A stretch of 59,213 nt of DNA, filler included, from Dugesia japonica (Eukaryota), in assembly GCA_001938525.1 (NCBI GenBank). It is 5 parts of 5 records of this genome, joined end to end, with 100 filler letters (N's around TTAATTAATTAA, not from the genome) between each part and the next. Parts side by side here need not be neighbours in the genome. Positions count along the whole stretch, not along the records: positions 35,367 to 50,432 come from MQRL01585437.1; positions 50,533 to 59,213 come from MQRL01477187.1; 3 more parts are not named here. One strand, 5' to 3'. Positions 48,660 to 59,213 of this stretch are shown in pieces. Both the position numbers and the translations under genes were made by a program. The notes beneath the pieces were generated by a model. It was not told where the DNA came from and ran no database searches. It saw only the letters and a list, made by a program, of their open reading frames with translations. How positions within the stretch are numbered: position 1 is the first letter of the stretch; every line of letters starts with the position of its first letter.

Positions 48660-50432
48660 TCTGATTAATGCAACGCTTAAAGAAAGGAAAACCTCAGATT
48701 GGGCAGATGTATTGACAGAGATATAATTTACTTTCAACGCTACAAAACAGAAAACTATCGCGAAATGCCCGACCGAAATCGTATTTGGGAAGAGAATAAG
48801 CAGAGAAAAATGGTATGAAACAAATACTCAAAGAGTGCACAAAGAACAAGAGGAAGAAATATTAACCAAAAGTCAATTCGAGGTTGGTGATGAAGTCTTA
48901 GTGAAAGCTGAAACAAGAACCAAGGTCGTTATGAAGGACCTTATAATATCTAGAGGAAGGTTCATGACAGACGTTGCATCCTAGAGAATACAAACGGATA
49001 AAGTCTCGAAAGAAACGTAGAGAAGATCAAAAAATTTCTTAAAAGGGGGAATGTGAGTAGTTTAGAAGCGAGTTAAAATTTTTGTGCTCTGGTTGGAGAT
49101 TATGTTTTAAAAATCTTTTTTTAAAAAATCACAAATTAATTAAGAAATTAAAATTTTTGGAAATGTCAATTTTGTTTTGAAAGTTCAGAAAATTTTGTAA
49201 GATATATTATTACAAATGATCATTTTTTGTTTTGAAATTTTATGAAATTTTCTTAACAAATAATCAGTTTTTTTTGGTTTTAAAATTTTGTAAAAATTTT
49301 TATATGTTAATTTTAATATGTTCGTATTTTTATATGTTAATACGAATGATTATTTGTTTTTGTTTGAAAAGTTTATGAAAATTTTCAAATGATGTGTTAT
49401 TAAAAAATAATTATTTTCTGTAAAATTATCAAATTAGTTTAAATCTTAATTTTTTAAAAATAATTTCCGATTAGAGCATGAAGTTTTAATTTGTTTGTTT
49501 AAACGAATAATGATAGACATAGTTTTTATTTTAATAAATTTATGGAGTTTCATTCCGAAGTCAATGATTCGAGGAGTTTTCAAAACCCAACTAACATGGT
49601 GGCAGCGGTAAACACCGATGCAATCACAGTAAGATTGTTACCAAAAATATTTTGCAGAGGCGATGATCTAGAAAAGTTTATTAAACGGTGTGAAATATAC
49701 TTTGATGCAAAGAACATCGTTGTTAAGAAAGATCAGAAACGTTTGGTAACATGTATGCTTCATGAGGATTTAATGAAAGCATATGTAAGGACTTTGAAGA
49801 AAACGGATGGATATCGAGATTTCGATTAGCTTTTGAGAGCAAGAGAGATATAATAAAAGATTTACAGAATCTTGTTAGCTATCAATGTGGTGATGAAGAA
49901 CTTGAGGTGTTTTTTAAAAAAGTGAAAGATTTGGTCGATAAACTTTTATTTAGCAATATTAGAAAAGTGGATATTAAAGTTCGGGTATCCGAAAGAAATT
50001 CGAGTTGATTGTGGAAAAGCATTTGAGTCTAAATCAATGAAAGATTTCGCAGCTTAGCATGGAATTACCCTCAAATTTTAGAGTCCATATCATCATAATA
50101 CAAATTGGGAAATCGAGAGTCAGTTAAGAACTATTAATTTGATTAATGCAACGCTTAAAGAAAGGAAAACCTCAGATTGAGCGGATTTATTGCCAGAGAT
50201 ATAATTTACTTTCAACGCTACAAAACAGAAAGCTCTCGAGAAAAGCCCTGCTGATATTGTATTTGGGAAGAGAATAAGCAGATAAAAAATAGTATGAAAC
50301 AAATACTCAAAGAGTGCACAAAGAACAAGAGGAAGAAATATTAACCAAAAGACAATTTGAGGTTGGTGATGAAGTCTTAGTGAAAGCTGAAACAAGAACC
50401 AAGGTCGTTATGAAGGACCTTATGATATGAAG
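48660..50432 (+). mobile_element. Tandem internally deleted Ty3/Gypsy units sharing an LTR
   Basis: Integrase 3' end, PPT aaaaggggga (49041-49050), LTR, PBS, gag start, then integrase 3' end repeated from ~50141. Confidence 0.8.
49052..49596 (+). repeat. LTR (TG...CA)
   Basis: Directly after the PPT and directly before PBS TGGTGGCAGCGGT (complementary to a tRNA-Leu 3' end). Confidence 0.8.
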
Positions 50433-50532
50433 NNNNNNNNNNNNNNNNNNNNNNNNNNNNNNNNNNNNNNNNNNNNTTAATTAATTAANNNNNNNNNNNN
50501 NNNNNNNNNNNNNNNNNNNNNNNNNNNNNNNN
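50433..50532. other. Artificial contig spacer
   Basis: N44-TTAATTAATTAA-N44. Confidence 0.95.
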
Positions 50533-50909
50533 AAATAATTTTCATTAACCTTTCAATAATAGAGATTTAAATTTATGTAATTTAATGAGGTGTTTAGTTG
50601 AATTTCTCATAGATATTTTGCTAAATTTAAAGATTTATATTGATACTCATATATTTTTATAATAAATAACTTTTTAAAGATTTTAATAATCTTTGTACTT
50701 AGATATTATTTAAAAATTAAATGCGTTTTATCTTTTAAAATAAACTCAATATAAGTTATTATTTTGAAAATTAAAATTGGATTGTTATAACTATGTACTT
50801 TTTTAAATAAAATTAATTTTAAAAATTTAACAATGGCGTGAGTACATAAAAATTTTAAACGCTTGGATTGATTTAATTACTTTGTGAATCTAAAAAGAAT
50901 ACACTTTTA

Positions 50910-53900
50910 ATGAGCTTTTTATTTAAACTTATTTTAATTTATAACTTTGTATTATTTTCTGAAGAAAATAGACTTAACCATTTGATGACCGTGGATAGTT
51001 TTAATATTTGTATGCTAGGTAAAAAGCATAAACTATTGCCATCACCTGAGCATAATCTGAACGGAACGGTTAGCATTTTATAATATAACTTTAATGGTAA
51101 ATTTAAGCAGTGTCAGATATGGAAGGACAATAGTTGCTGTTTTCATAATGTATCAGATGAATATAATGCTCGTAGAACTGCTCATGGATTTACTTACGAT
51201 CATTGTGACCAACGCAAAATGTCTGATAAATGTCGTAATATTTTTCTTGAAGAGTTATGCTTTTTTGAATGCTCACCGAATTTGGGTCCTTGGATTGTTA
51301 AAGTTAGATTTAAATTTTAAAATTATAACAAAATCAAGTACTATAATCTATTTTTTCCCTAATTTAATTTTATAATATTTATATTATTATTCAAATATGT
51401 ACTAAATTTAAAATTGGCATTAACAAATACAAAATTTAGTTCTAAATTAACAAACATTGAATTTTTACTTATAAATTCAATTAATTAAGTAACTATCTTT
51501 TTTTATTTTGTGATGTTAAACAACTAATGTACAAAAAATCAATGTACAATATATTATTATGTCATAACAAGTGATCACGAAATACTTACGTAATAAAATG
51601 AAAGTTATATAAAAACAGTTACGCGATGAAACCTTAAAGAATACCGGACAAAATTTTAAAATGAAACTTTTTTGAATAAAACTAAATCTAAATAGTTTTT
51701 CATCATGGCTAATTTTACTGTCATGCCAAAAAACTCGGTTCTCATGTTATTTTTCAACGACTCTCGAAATTTTACAAATATTAAAGAAACATAACTTGCA
51801 AGAGTTGTATGAGTTTCTAGAATTAGTGAATTTTTTTGTAAAAGAATACATTAGTCAGTGAACTAAATTTATATAAATTTCGGAAGTTGCAAGTTCATAT
51901 AGTGGAGACATTTCGTTTTCTTGATCAGGTATTATTGTCCATATCGGTCTTGAACATTCATCTTCATCCAAAGCTAAAGAATAATATTATTTGAGTGGCT
52001 GCCAGCTCAGTAGCAAGCGATCAACTGCTTTAAATAAAGATAGCCATCTAGTAGAACTATTTCGAACGTTTTTTGTCACTGTGCTTGCCGTACATGATGT
52101 GCTCGAGTTGCTTGCTAGGTTTGCTAGAGCTAATACAAGCTTCAATGTCAAAGTCGATCGGATCTGTGACCTTGTTAATAGGACTGGTCGCTGTTGATTT
52201 ACAGCTTATTAATGTTAGGAAGAAGCATATTTTCCTACTGGATGTGAAAACCCCTTACGTAAGTTCCTCCAGTAATCTAAAATTAGTGAGGGACTCGAAC
52301 ATACATAAATACACACCACTGAAGGAGGACATTCAAACAAAAACCTTCCAAATTGGAAAGTTCTCCTTGAGACGATCTCAGTTGGGTTTCTGGGATCGTG
52401 GTGTGTTGAAAATGAACCAGTGCTAAAACAGGTTGGGTTACGTGCTAATGTGATTAGAAAATTTGCTCTTGTGTCGACGAGGAAATGCATAGTCTGGTCG
52501 ATTAAGAATTGGAGTTTCCATAGCGGACAGGCTGGCACTCTTGAGTATGAAGGGATTCAATGTGGGTAGCGCCAGATGTGCTGATGTAAAAGATTTCAAT
52601 TAGGGTTTCCAAACTTTCCCTCCATTTCCTTGCGACTTCTTATTTCTTCTCTTTTTGTTTTGTTTGACAGCTTTACGCTGGCTGAATCAGGACATGATTA
52701 AACGTTTTGAGGATTTTATAGTATTTAAGATGGCGGAAAACCGAATTGTTTACACCGTAATTCACGCTAGCGTTATCAGCTTCATATGCAGTTATATTGT
52801 TCCAAATTAATCCGTTCTCATTTTATACTCGACAGAACTGAATTTTGATCGATCTTGAATCTTCGAAATGTATCTTCATAGAAATCTAATATTTTACAAC
52901 TGAAACCATTCTGTAAACCAGTGGTTCTCAAACTTTTGTAGGATTTTCTGCTTGGCGGTCTTTTAAATTTTTTTTTGATGCCTCACGGACCCTTTTAAAA
53001 TGGATAATTTAAATTAACTTCGGAAATCGCCTATTTTTTATTCTGTATTTTGAGCGAAATCCTGACAAATAATCGCTGAATTTAAGCTCTACCAGATCGT
53101 TGAACTTCATAGTCTAACGAAAAGTAAAGATTATACATAAGCGCGCAATCCGGTAAATGAATGAATATTTCGGAATAGCCGATTTGGTAAAATATCTCAG
53201 GAAACTAATCCCTTCACGGTCCGTCTGAAACCGCGTGGCGGTTCCCCATAGGACCGCGGACCACATTTTGACAACCACTGCTGTAGAGAACAAAATCGAA
53301 TGGCTACAGGAAATAGTTTACGATTACCTTGATTCGACGCGTCAGTACGAATAGAAAACGGTAGGTTATTTTTCAAATCTTCTATCACAAGTTCAATTGA
53401 AAACGGGTAGAAAACATTTTGTACAACTGCCGAATCTTTAGTATGTCCAGCTGTATACTCATTTATTTTCATTTTTGTCTGATGATGACACCAGATTGAT
53501 CAATGGAAATATCAATAACAATAAGTTTCATTTTAAATGGCGTTATTTATTTTTTATGAAACATTTTCTATCGTTTTTTGCATATTTATATTACAAAGTT
53601 TGTATCTTGCTTTGCTGTTTGATGTTTCATTTCCAACATAACCTCCGCTGACCCAATTATATTTCTGTTGCCAATCTGCATTGTAATTGCACTTCCTTCT
53701 CTTTGTTGTGGAATCACCTCCTACCTCACGCATTTATTAACTAGAATTACTTTAAATTATTAGGCTATTAAAGTTACACTGACTAAATTTGATTGGTTAT
53801 AAAAGAACAAATTTAATATTTAATTTATTACTTTACCACACCAACAGAAACCTTTAAATAATACTTTAATATTTTGCATATTAAACTATAATTTTTATAA

Positions 53901-55685
53901 AATAGAATTTTCCACAATTTACTCAGGTAAAAAATATTTAAAATTAAAATTTTTCAAACGTCGGAAGGAATATCGGACAAATGTATGTCCGGTCCTTCTA
54001 TTTTTTCCCCACCGGACAAGCAGTTCAATTAAATGAATGTCCGGTTCAAAACCGGATATCTGGCACTCGTAAAGTCCGATATTATGTAGTAACAATTATT
54101 ACGCAATACTTATATAATAGTCACATAATAACCCGGAAATCAATATCAGTAATGATTACGCCACAATGAAATATTAGTTACGCAATAACTCCGGAATTAA
54201 TAACATTTACGATTACGTCATAATTATATAATAGTCACATAATAACCCGGAAATCAATATCAGTAATGATTACGCCACAATGAAATATTAGTTATGCAAT
54301 AACTCCGGAATTAATAACATTTACGATTACGTCATAATTATACAATAGTCACATAATAACTCGGAAATCCATATCAATGATGATTACGTCACAGTGAAAT
54401 AATAGTTACGCAATAACATCGGATTTAATAACATTTATGATTACGTCATAATTATATAATAGTTACGCAATAACATCGGATTTAATAACATTTAGGATTA
54501 CATCATAATTATACAATAGTCATGTATTAACTCGGAAATCCATATCAGTGATGATTACTTCACAATGAAATAATAGTTACGTAATAACTCCGGAATTAAT
54601 AACATTTAAGATTACGTCATAATTATATAATAGTTACGTAATAACTCCTTAATTACTGAACAGTAATTATTATTGTTCCTATGATATTTTTGTGGATTTA
54701 TAATTTGACCGAGGGCCGGAAAAACACTTTGGGCCGCGGATTGTGCACTTGTGATACATATATAACCTGAATAAGAATTGAAAAGTAAAAAATTTATTAC
54801 CTGAGTCACTTATGTATGGAATTATTTTGATCTTTCAATATTAATTAAAAAATCTCAAAAAAATCATTAAACACAAAGAAAATTAACAATTTCTTTATTA
54901 GCATATTTAATAGAAAAATCTGTACAATTACAAGGATAATTGTTTGACCTCATCTTTGATCATTCATTTTTACAGTTTCGATAAGTTAAATAAAAGCGTA
55001 GATGACACAGAGCAAAAGAGAATCAAATGTGTACTGATCGAAATTTTATCAATAATTGAAAACTGAATTCCAAATAATTTATTTATGCTTTTCTTTTGTA
55101 TAAACGAATCGAACTTTAAGAATTTTATTTATCACATTTATGTTCTCCGTGTTCACATTTTAAGGTTTCAAAAATGAAATCAAGACGAGAAAGGTTTTAT
55201 GGTGCTCCGCTTTGCCGATCTGACTGCGAAAGATGGTGGAATAATTGCCGTGAGGATCTCACTTGTGCTGCTAATTGGTATTATGGTTTCACATGGATAA
55301 ATGGTGGGTCGCTCGAGCAAGTCATCACGGATATAATAATAAAATTACTTTGACTTATTTTCTGATTTCCCCTAATATGAATTTTTAATTTCCAGGCAGT
55401 AACACTTGTTCACGCTCGCAATGTCGCACTTTTTCTGAGATTTATGGAAGTGCGACGTATTTCTGTGAAACAATCTGGGATAATTCATGGAAAGTGTCAC
55501 CGAATGATGATAATTGTTTAAGCATTACAAATAGTGATGTTCATGCAATTAGACGGAATCGTCATGTTTCTCAGCTGGAAACTCGTATTATTATTAGTAG
55601 GCTACTCGGCAATTCTGGCTCGTTTTTCTCAATCAATTTTGATTTTATTTGTCTAACTTTTCTATTTTTTTTTATCAATTTATAA
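50910..55685 (+). CDS. FOLR: Folate receptor family protein, 259 aa; exons 50910-51068, 51111-51302, 55165-55303, 55396-55685
   Basis: Signal peptide, CQIWKDNSCC, ECSPNLGPWI, PLCRSDCERWWNNCR, FCETIWDNSWK, hydrophobic GPI-like tail; all introns GT-AG and frame-consistent. Confidence 0.92.
51990..52600 (+). mobile_element. 3' end of an RLE-type non-LTR retrotransposon (NeSL/R2/R4-like), decayed
   Basis: DLQLINVRKKHIFLLDVKTPY...KYTPL restriction-like endonuclease motif; VGFLGSW...IVWS. Confidence 0.75.
52715..54070 (-). mobile_element. hAT (Blackjack-like) transposase remnant interrupted by a MITE
   Basis: FSIRTDASNQGNRKLFPVAIRF and ADNASVNYG; terminal-like gtgccagatatccgg. Confidence 0.7.
52919..53280. 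mobile_element. hAT (Charlie/Buster-like) MITE
   Basis: TIRs CAGTGGTTCTCAAA / TTTGACAACCACTG; 8-bp flanks ctgtaaac / ctgtagag. Confidence 0.85.
54085..54650. repeat. Minisatellite, 114-bp period built from two ~57-bp subunits
   Basis: Unit starts at 54111, 54225 and 54339. Confidence 0.9.
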
Positions 55686-56399
55686 CCTTTATGTAGTTTT
55701 TGTAAAAAAAATTATTTAGTTTTGCCTTTTTCGATAAATACNNNNNNNNNNNNNNNNNNNNNNNNNNNNNNNNNNNNNNNNNNNNNNNNNNNNNNNNNNN
55801 NNNNNNNNNNNNNNNNNNNNNNNNNNNNNNNNNNNNNNNNNNNNNNNNNNNNNNNNNNNNTTTTTTAAATTTTTATACCAGTTTTTTAAAAATTCCTTCA
55901 GCATCATTTTCGATAAATTTTCGTTTTTCTTAAAAATTTTGACTATGGTCTGTTTATTTTGCTGATAAAACTATTTTTGTTGGGTGTTAATAATCTTTAA
56001 GCCTTATCTCTTGAAAAATAAATTTTAGAAACCAAGAAGTACGGATTTTAAGTGTTGTTTTTTTGACAGCACACAATAGAACCAATTATGCAACGTAATC
56101 AGCAAATAACCTCTGAAGTCCATAGATACTTTAGCAAAGCTGCAGTCAAAAATAGTTAACCAACAGTAAAAATTAATGGAGCATTAGTCAAAATTTATGA
56201 ACCATCAGTCAAAAGTGACATGCAGTAAAAATAAGCAGTCAAAACCTTTAAAAGTTGGTTAAAATGGTGCTATACTAGTCATAAATGGTAACATCAGTCA
56301 AAAATCTTAAAAACCCAGTCAATAATAATGAACCAAGCAGTTAGCTAAAAGGAGCTGACCGCAGTGTGGGGTACCAGTCAGTTATTGTTCGATGCGCTA

Positions 56400-57370
56400 G
56401 TTTTCCCTTACCAATATTTGGCTTATTAGACATAAACAAAAAATTTATATTAGATACAGATGCCAGTTTTTATACGATCTGAGCAGTATTGTCACAGAGA
56501 TAAAGAAGGAAGAGAAAGATTTGTTGCCTATGGATCACACTTTGTGACGAGTCATGAAAGGATACTGCATTACACGAAAATAGTTATTCGCTGTTTATTA
56601 TTTCTGTATGCATTTCAAACAACACTTGTGTGGTAGAAGATTTACTCTTAGAATAGATTATAAAGCTCTAACTTTTATGATGACGGCAAAGAAACAAATT
56701 ACGTTCCAATTTCAGACATGGATTAATTATCTGAGTAGTTTAGATATAGTTATGGAATATAGAAAAGGAATTCAACATTCTCATGCAGGTATGTTATCTA
56801 TGTATACAATGTTAAATGTCACATAAAGAAGCTAAGAAAAGGAAGATTAAAACGAGAATACTGAACATAATCGAAGAGAAAACAGAAGATAATTTAAAAA
56901 TATCTGAGGAAACAGATTTGATCAAGAAAATGAAAATTCCAGTTGACAAACTACATGAAACAATAGAAGAAATACATAAAGTAAACATGTTTGCTAATAT
57001 ATGAGAAAGAAATAAATCGCGAAGAATTTGTGGAGCCAAATACAGAAAATAGTTCGTATTTGTAAAATTTGTCAGAAGACCAAAGTAATGACGACAGCAA
57101 CCAAAGAGAAGACAAAGAGTTAGAAGCTACCAATTTATTTAAAGTTAAATTCACAGAAATATGTGTGCCAATGCGGGAAACAACTGGACGGAAAAAATAC
57201 ATTCTTAGAATAATCGACCAGTACAGTAAATATATGGTTCTTATATCATTGCTTAGACAAGACAAAGAAACAATACGAAAAGCTATTTTTGTAAAGTGGA
57301 TATTGTGATTTGGATGTCCGAGAGAGATAAGATTAGATTGTGGAATAGCTTTTGAATTTAGAGTTATGGT
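56400..57370 (+). mobile_element. Decayed Ty3/Gypsy pol (RNase H and integrase)
   Basis: FILDTDAS, VAYGSH, HFKQHLCGRRFTLRIDYKAL, IIDQYSKY, FGCPREIRLDCG. Confidence 0.88.
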
Positions 57371-58079
57371 TCTGCGAATAAAATATCAAAAATTATAAGA
57401 TATTTCGACATCTGTGACAAACATTAACGAAATCATAAACTAACTGGGCTGTACCAGATCCTTGTAATTTCATATTTCTATCGTAAGGTTGACATTTATC
57501 AATTAAAGTTCCTTTTTTCTGCAAATGCTTTTCCAAACTCAGAATTTCTTTTTAAAAAGATTAAAGACTAGAAATTAATAAAATGAAGAAAATAAGTTTT
57601 GAATCGCCCAAATCATTCAATTTGACAAGATAAAATAAATTTTAAAAATAAAATTAAATCCCTGGTTTACATATTTATTTAATAAATTTAATTTACTTTA
57701 CTTTTTCCATCATCATTTATATATAATTAAAATAAGTCAAATTAGTTTAAAAATTTAATTACTTTGAAAAAATTTGAAATAAAAAAGTATTTAACATAGT
57801 AAACTCCCACCACATTACATTTATAATATAATAAATTGAATAACAAAAGAAAATCACAAACTAATTAGAATTATGACAATCTTGATATGAGTTAATTCCG
57901 TATTTTTAATGTTATTCCCCAGGAAATAGGAAATAATGTAGCATAAATTCGTGTATTAAAGTTATATTGTTGACAGTGTTTTTTATTGATTGAGAATTGG
58001 ATTGATTTATTATTTAATAATGAACAGAAATTAGAAAATATTTATAAATTATTAACTGATTGCAACTTTGATGTGACTA

Positions 58080-59213
58080 AAAATGTTCTAAAAATGAATT
58101 AAAATGCGGGGAATGTAAGAAATTATTGATTGAAGCATGTCAAACCAAATGTGGATGTAGATTTTGTCGGAGTTGTGTTGATGAAATGATGAAAAATGGA
58201 TGCCAATTTTGTCCTGGAATCACAAATGATTCTAAAATTGAATTATTATCCACTGTTGTGATTGATTACAGAGCATATAAACAAATATCGAAGCTAATAA
58301 TAAAATTTCCAGAAGAAATGTGTTCATATGAATGTGAATTAATAGAAATGCGTGAACATTTGAGAATTTGTGGAAAGAAAAAAATGGAATGTCCATTTTA
58401 CAAGTTGGGCTGTGATATGAAGAATTGATTGAACATTTTTAATTAGAAAATTATACTCACAACAAAACATTTATCGACACAATCGACAATATTAAAAATG
58501 AATTTGAAGAATTGAGGGAAAAAGAATTGAAATATCGAAAAATCATTAAATTAAAAGTAAATTTGATGTAAGTTATTGTTTATTTATGAAATCGTTTATT
58601 TAGGTCGAAAAATAAGAATCAGAACACGAGAAAGAAATGCAATCAATAAAGGTAAAAAAATGAAATTTGATTTAATTTTTATGGTTTATACGGAGAAGAA
58701 AGGAGTTGATGATAAAATGCAAATTCCCTTGGGAAATATTTGGCATAGAATTAATACTGTCGAATTGGAATTGAAGAAACCATATAAACTTGGCGAAAAT
58801 GATTCGATTATCGTAAACAATTAATGTAATTATTTTGATTTATTTGAGAAATAAATTTAGTCGGAGTTAATTATGAATATTGAAATTTTACAAAGAAATT
58901 TTGCTGATTGAATCTACAAACAAAAAGAAAATCATATCTATAAGCGATGAGATTAGAACAGAAATGATCGTAAAATTAATTGATGGATTTTTTTAGGAAT
59001 ATTGTTCATGATATTTCAGGAGATGTGCAAACAAACAATTGGTAAATCAATATTTCAAATGGGAATTGAACAGAAAATGAATCAGCTAGAAAGAAATCTT
59101 GAAAATAAAATGAAGGAAATATTTGAATTGACATCCTTAATAATAATAAAAACAATAATTTAAATTGCGAAAATATTATCAAAGACCCAAATAAGATGGA
59201 TAAGTTTAATTAC
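58080..59213 (+). pseudogene. TRAF-like gene (RING, TRAF-type zinc finger, coiled coil), apparently disrupted
   Basis: CGEC...QTKCGCRFCRSC...CP RING; HLRIC...CPFYKLGC; stops downstream; no MATH domain seen in the window. Confidence 0.7.

Noticed and set aside
54085-54650. CRISPR-like array
   Set aside because: Whole 114-bp units repeat; intronic minisatellite

Overview
AT-rich eukaryotic draft-assembly DNA, inferred to be from an invertebrate animal. Ferritin, folate-receptor and TRAF-like genes with ~42-44-nt introns are compatible with a flatworm but do not prove it. The window is five unrelated contigs joined by artificial N44-TTAATTAATTAA-N44 spacers (10044-10143, 24844-24943, 35267-35366, 50433-50532). 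Contigs 1-3 contain Polinton/Maverick (adintovirus-like) endogenous viral elements. Two are decayed copies of one family (5.8-9.6 kb, including a major capsid fragment; 14.2-24.8 kb, with a pseudogenised pPolB). The third is an apparently intact copy of a second family (24.9-35.2 kb: pPolB, pX-like core protein, PZ, penton, adenain protease, fibre-like protein, membrane protein). Main observation: the intact pPolB carries a ~200-aa mini-intein inserted in catalytic motif C (YSD|TDS), while the paralogous pPolB in contig 2 has the empty site (HSDTDS). Contigs 4-5 hold host genes (ferritin, a 4-exon folate-receptor-family gene, a TRAF-like pseudogene) and decayed TEs (Ty3/Gypsy, hAT, Penelope, RLE non-LTR). 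All family assignments are by motif recognition only; no searches were run.
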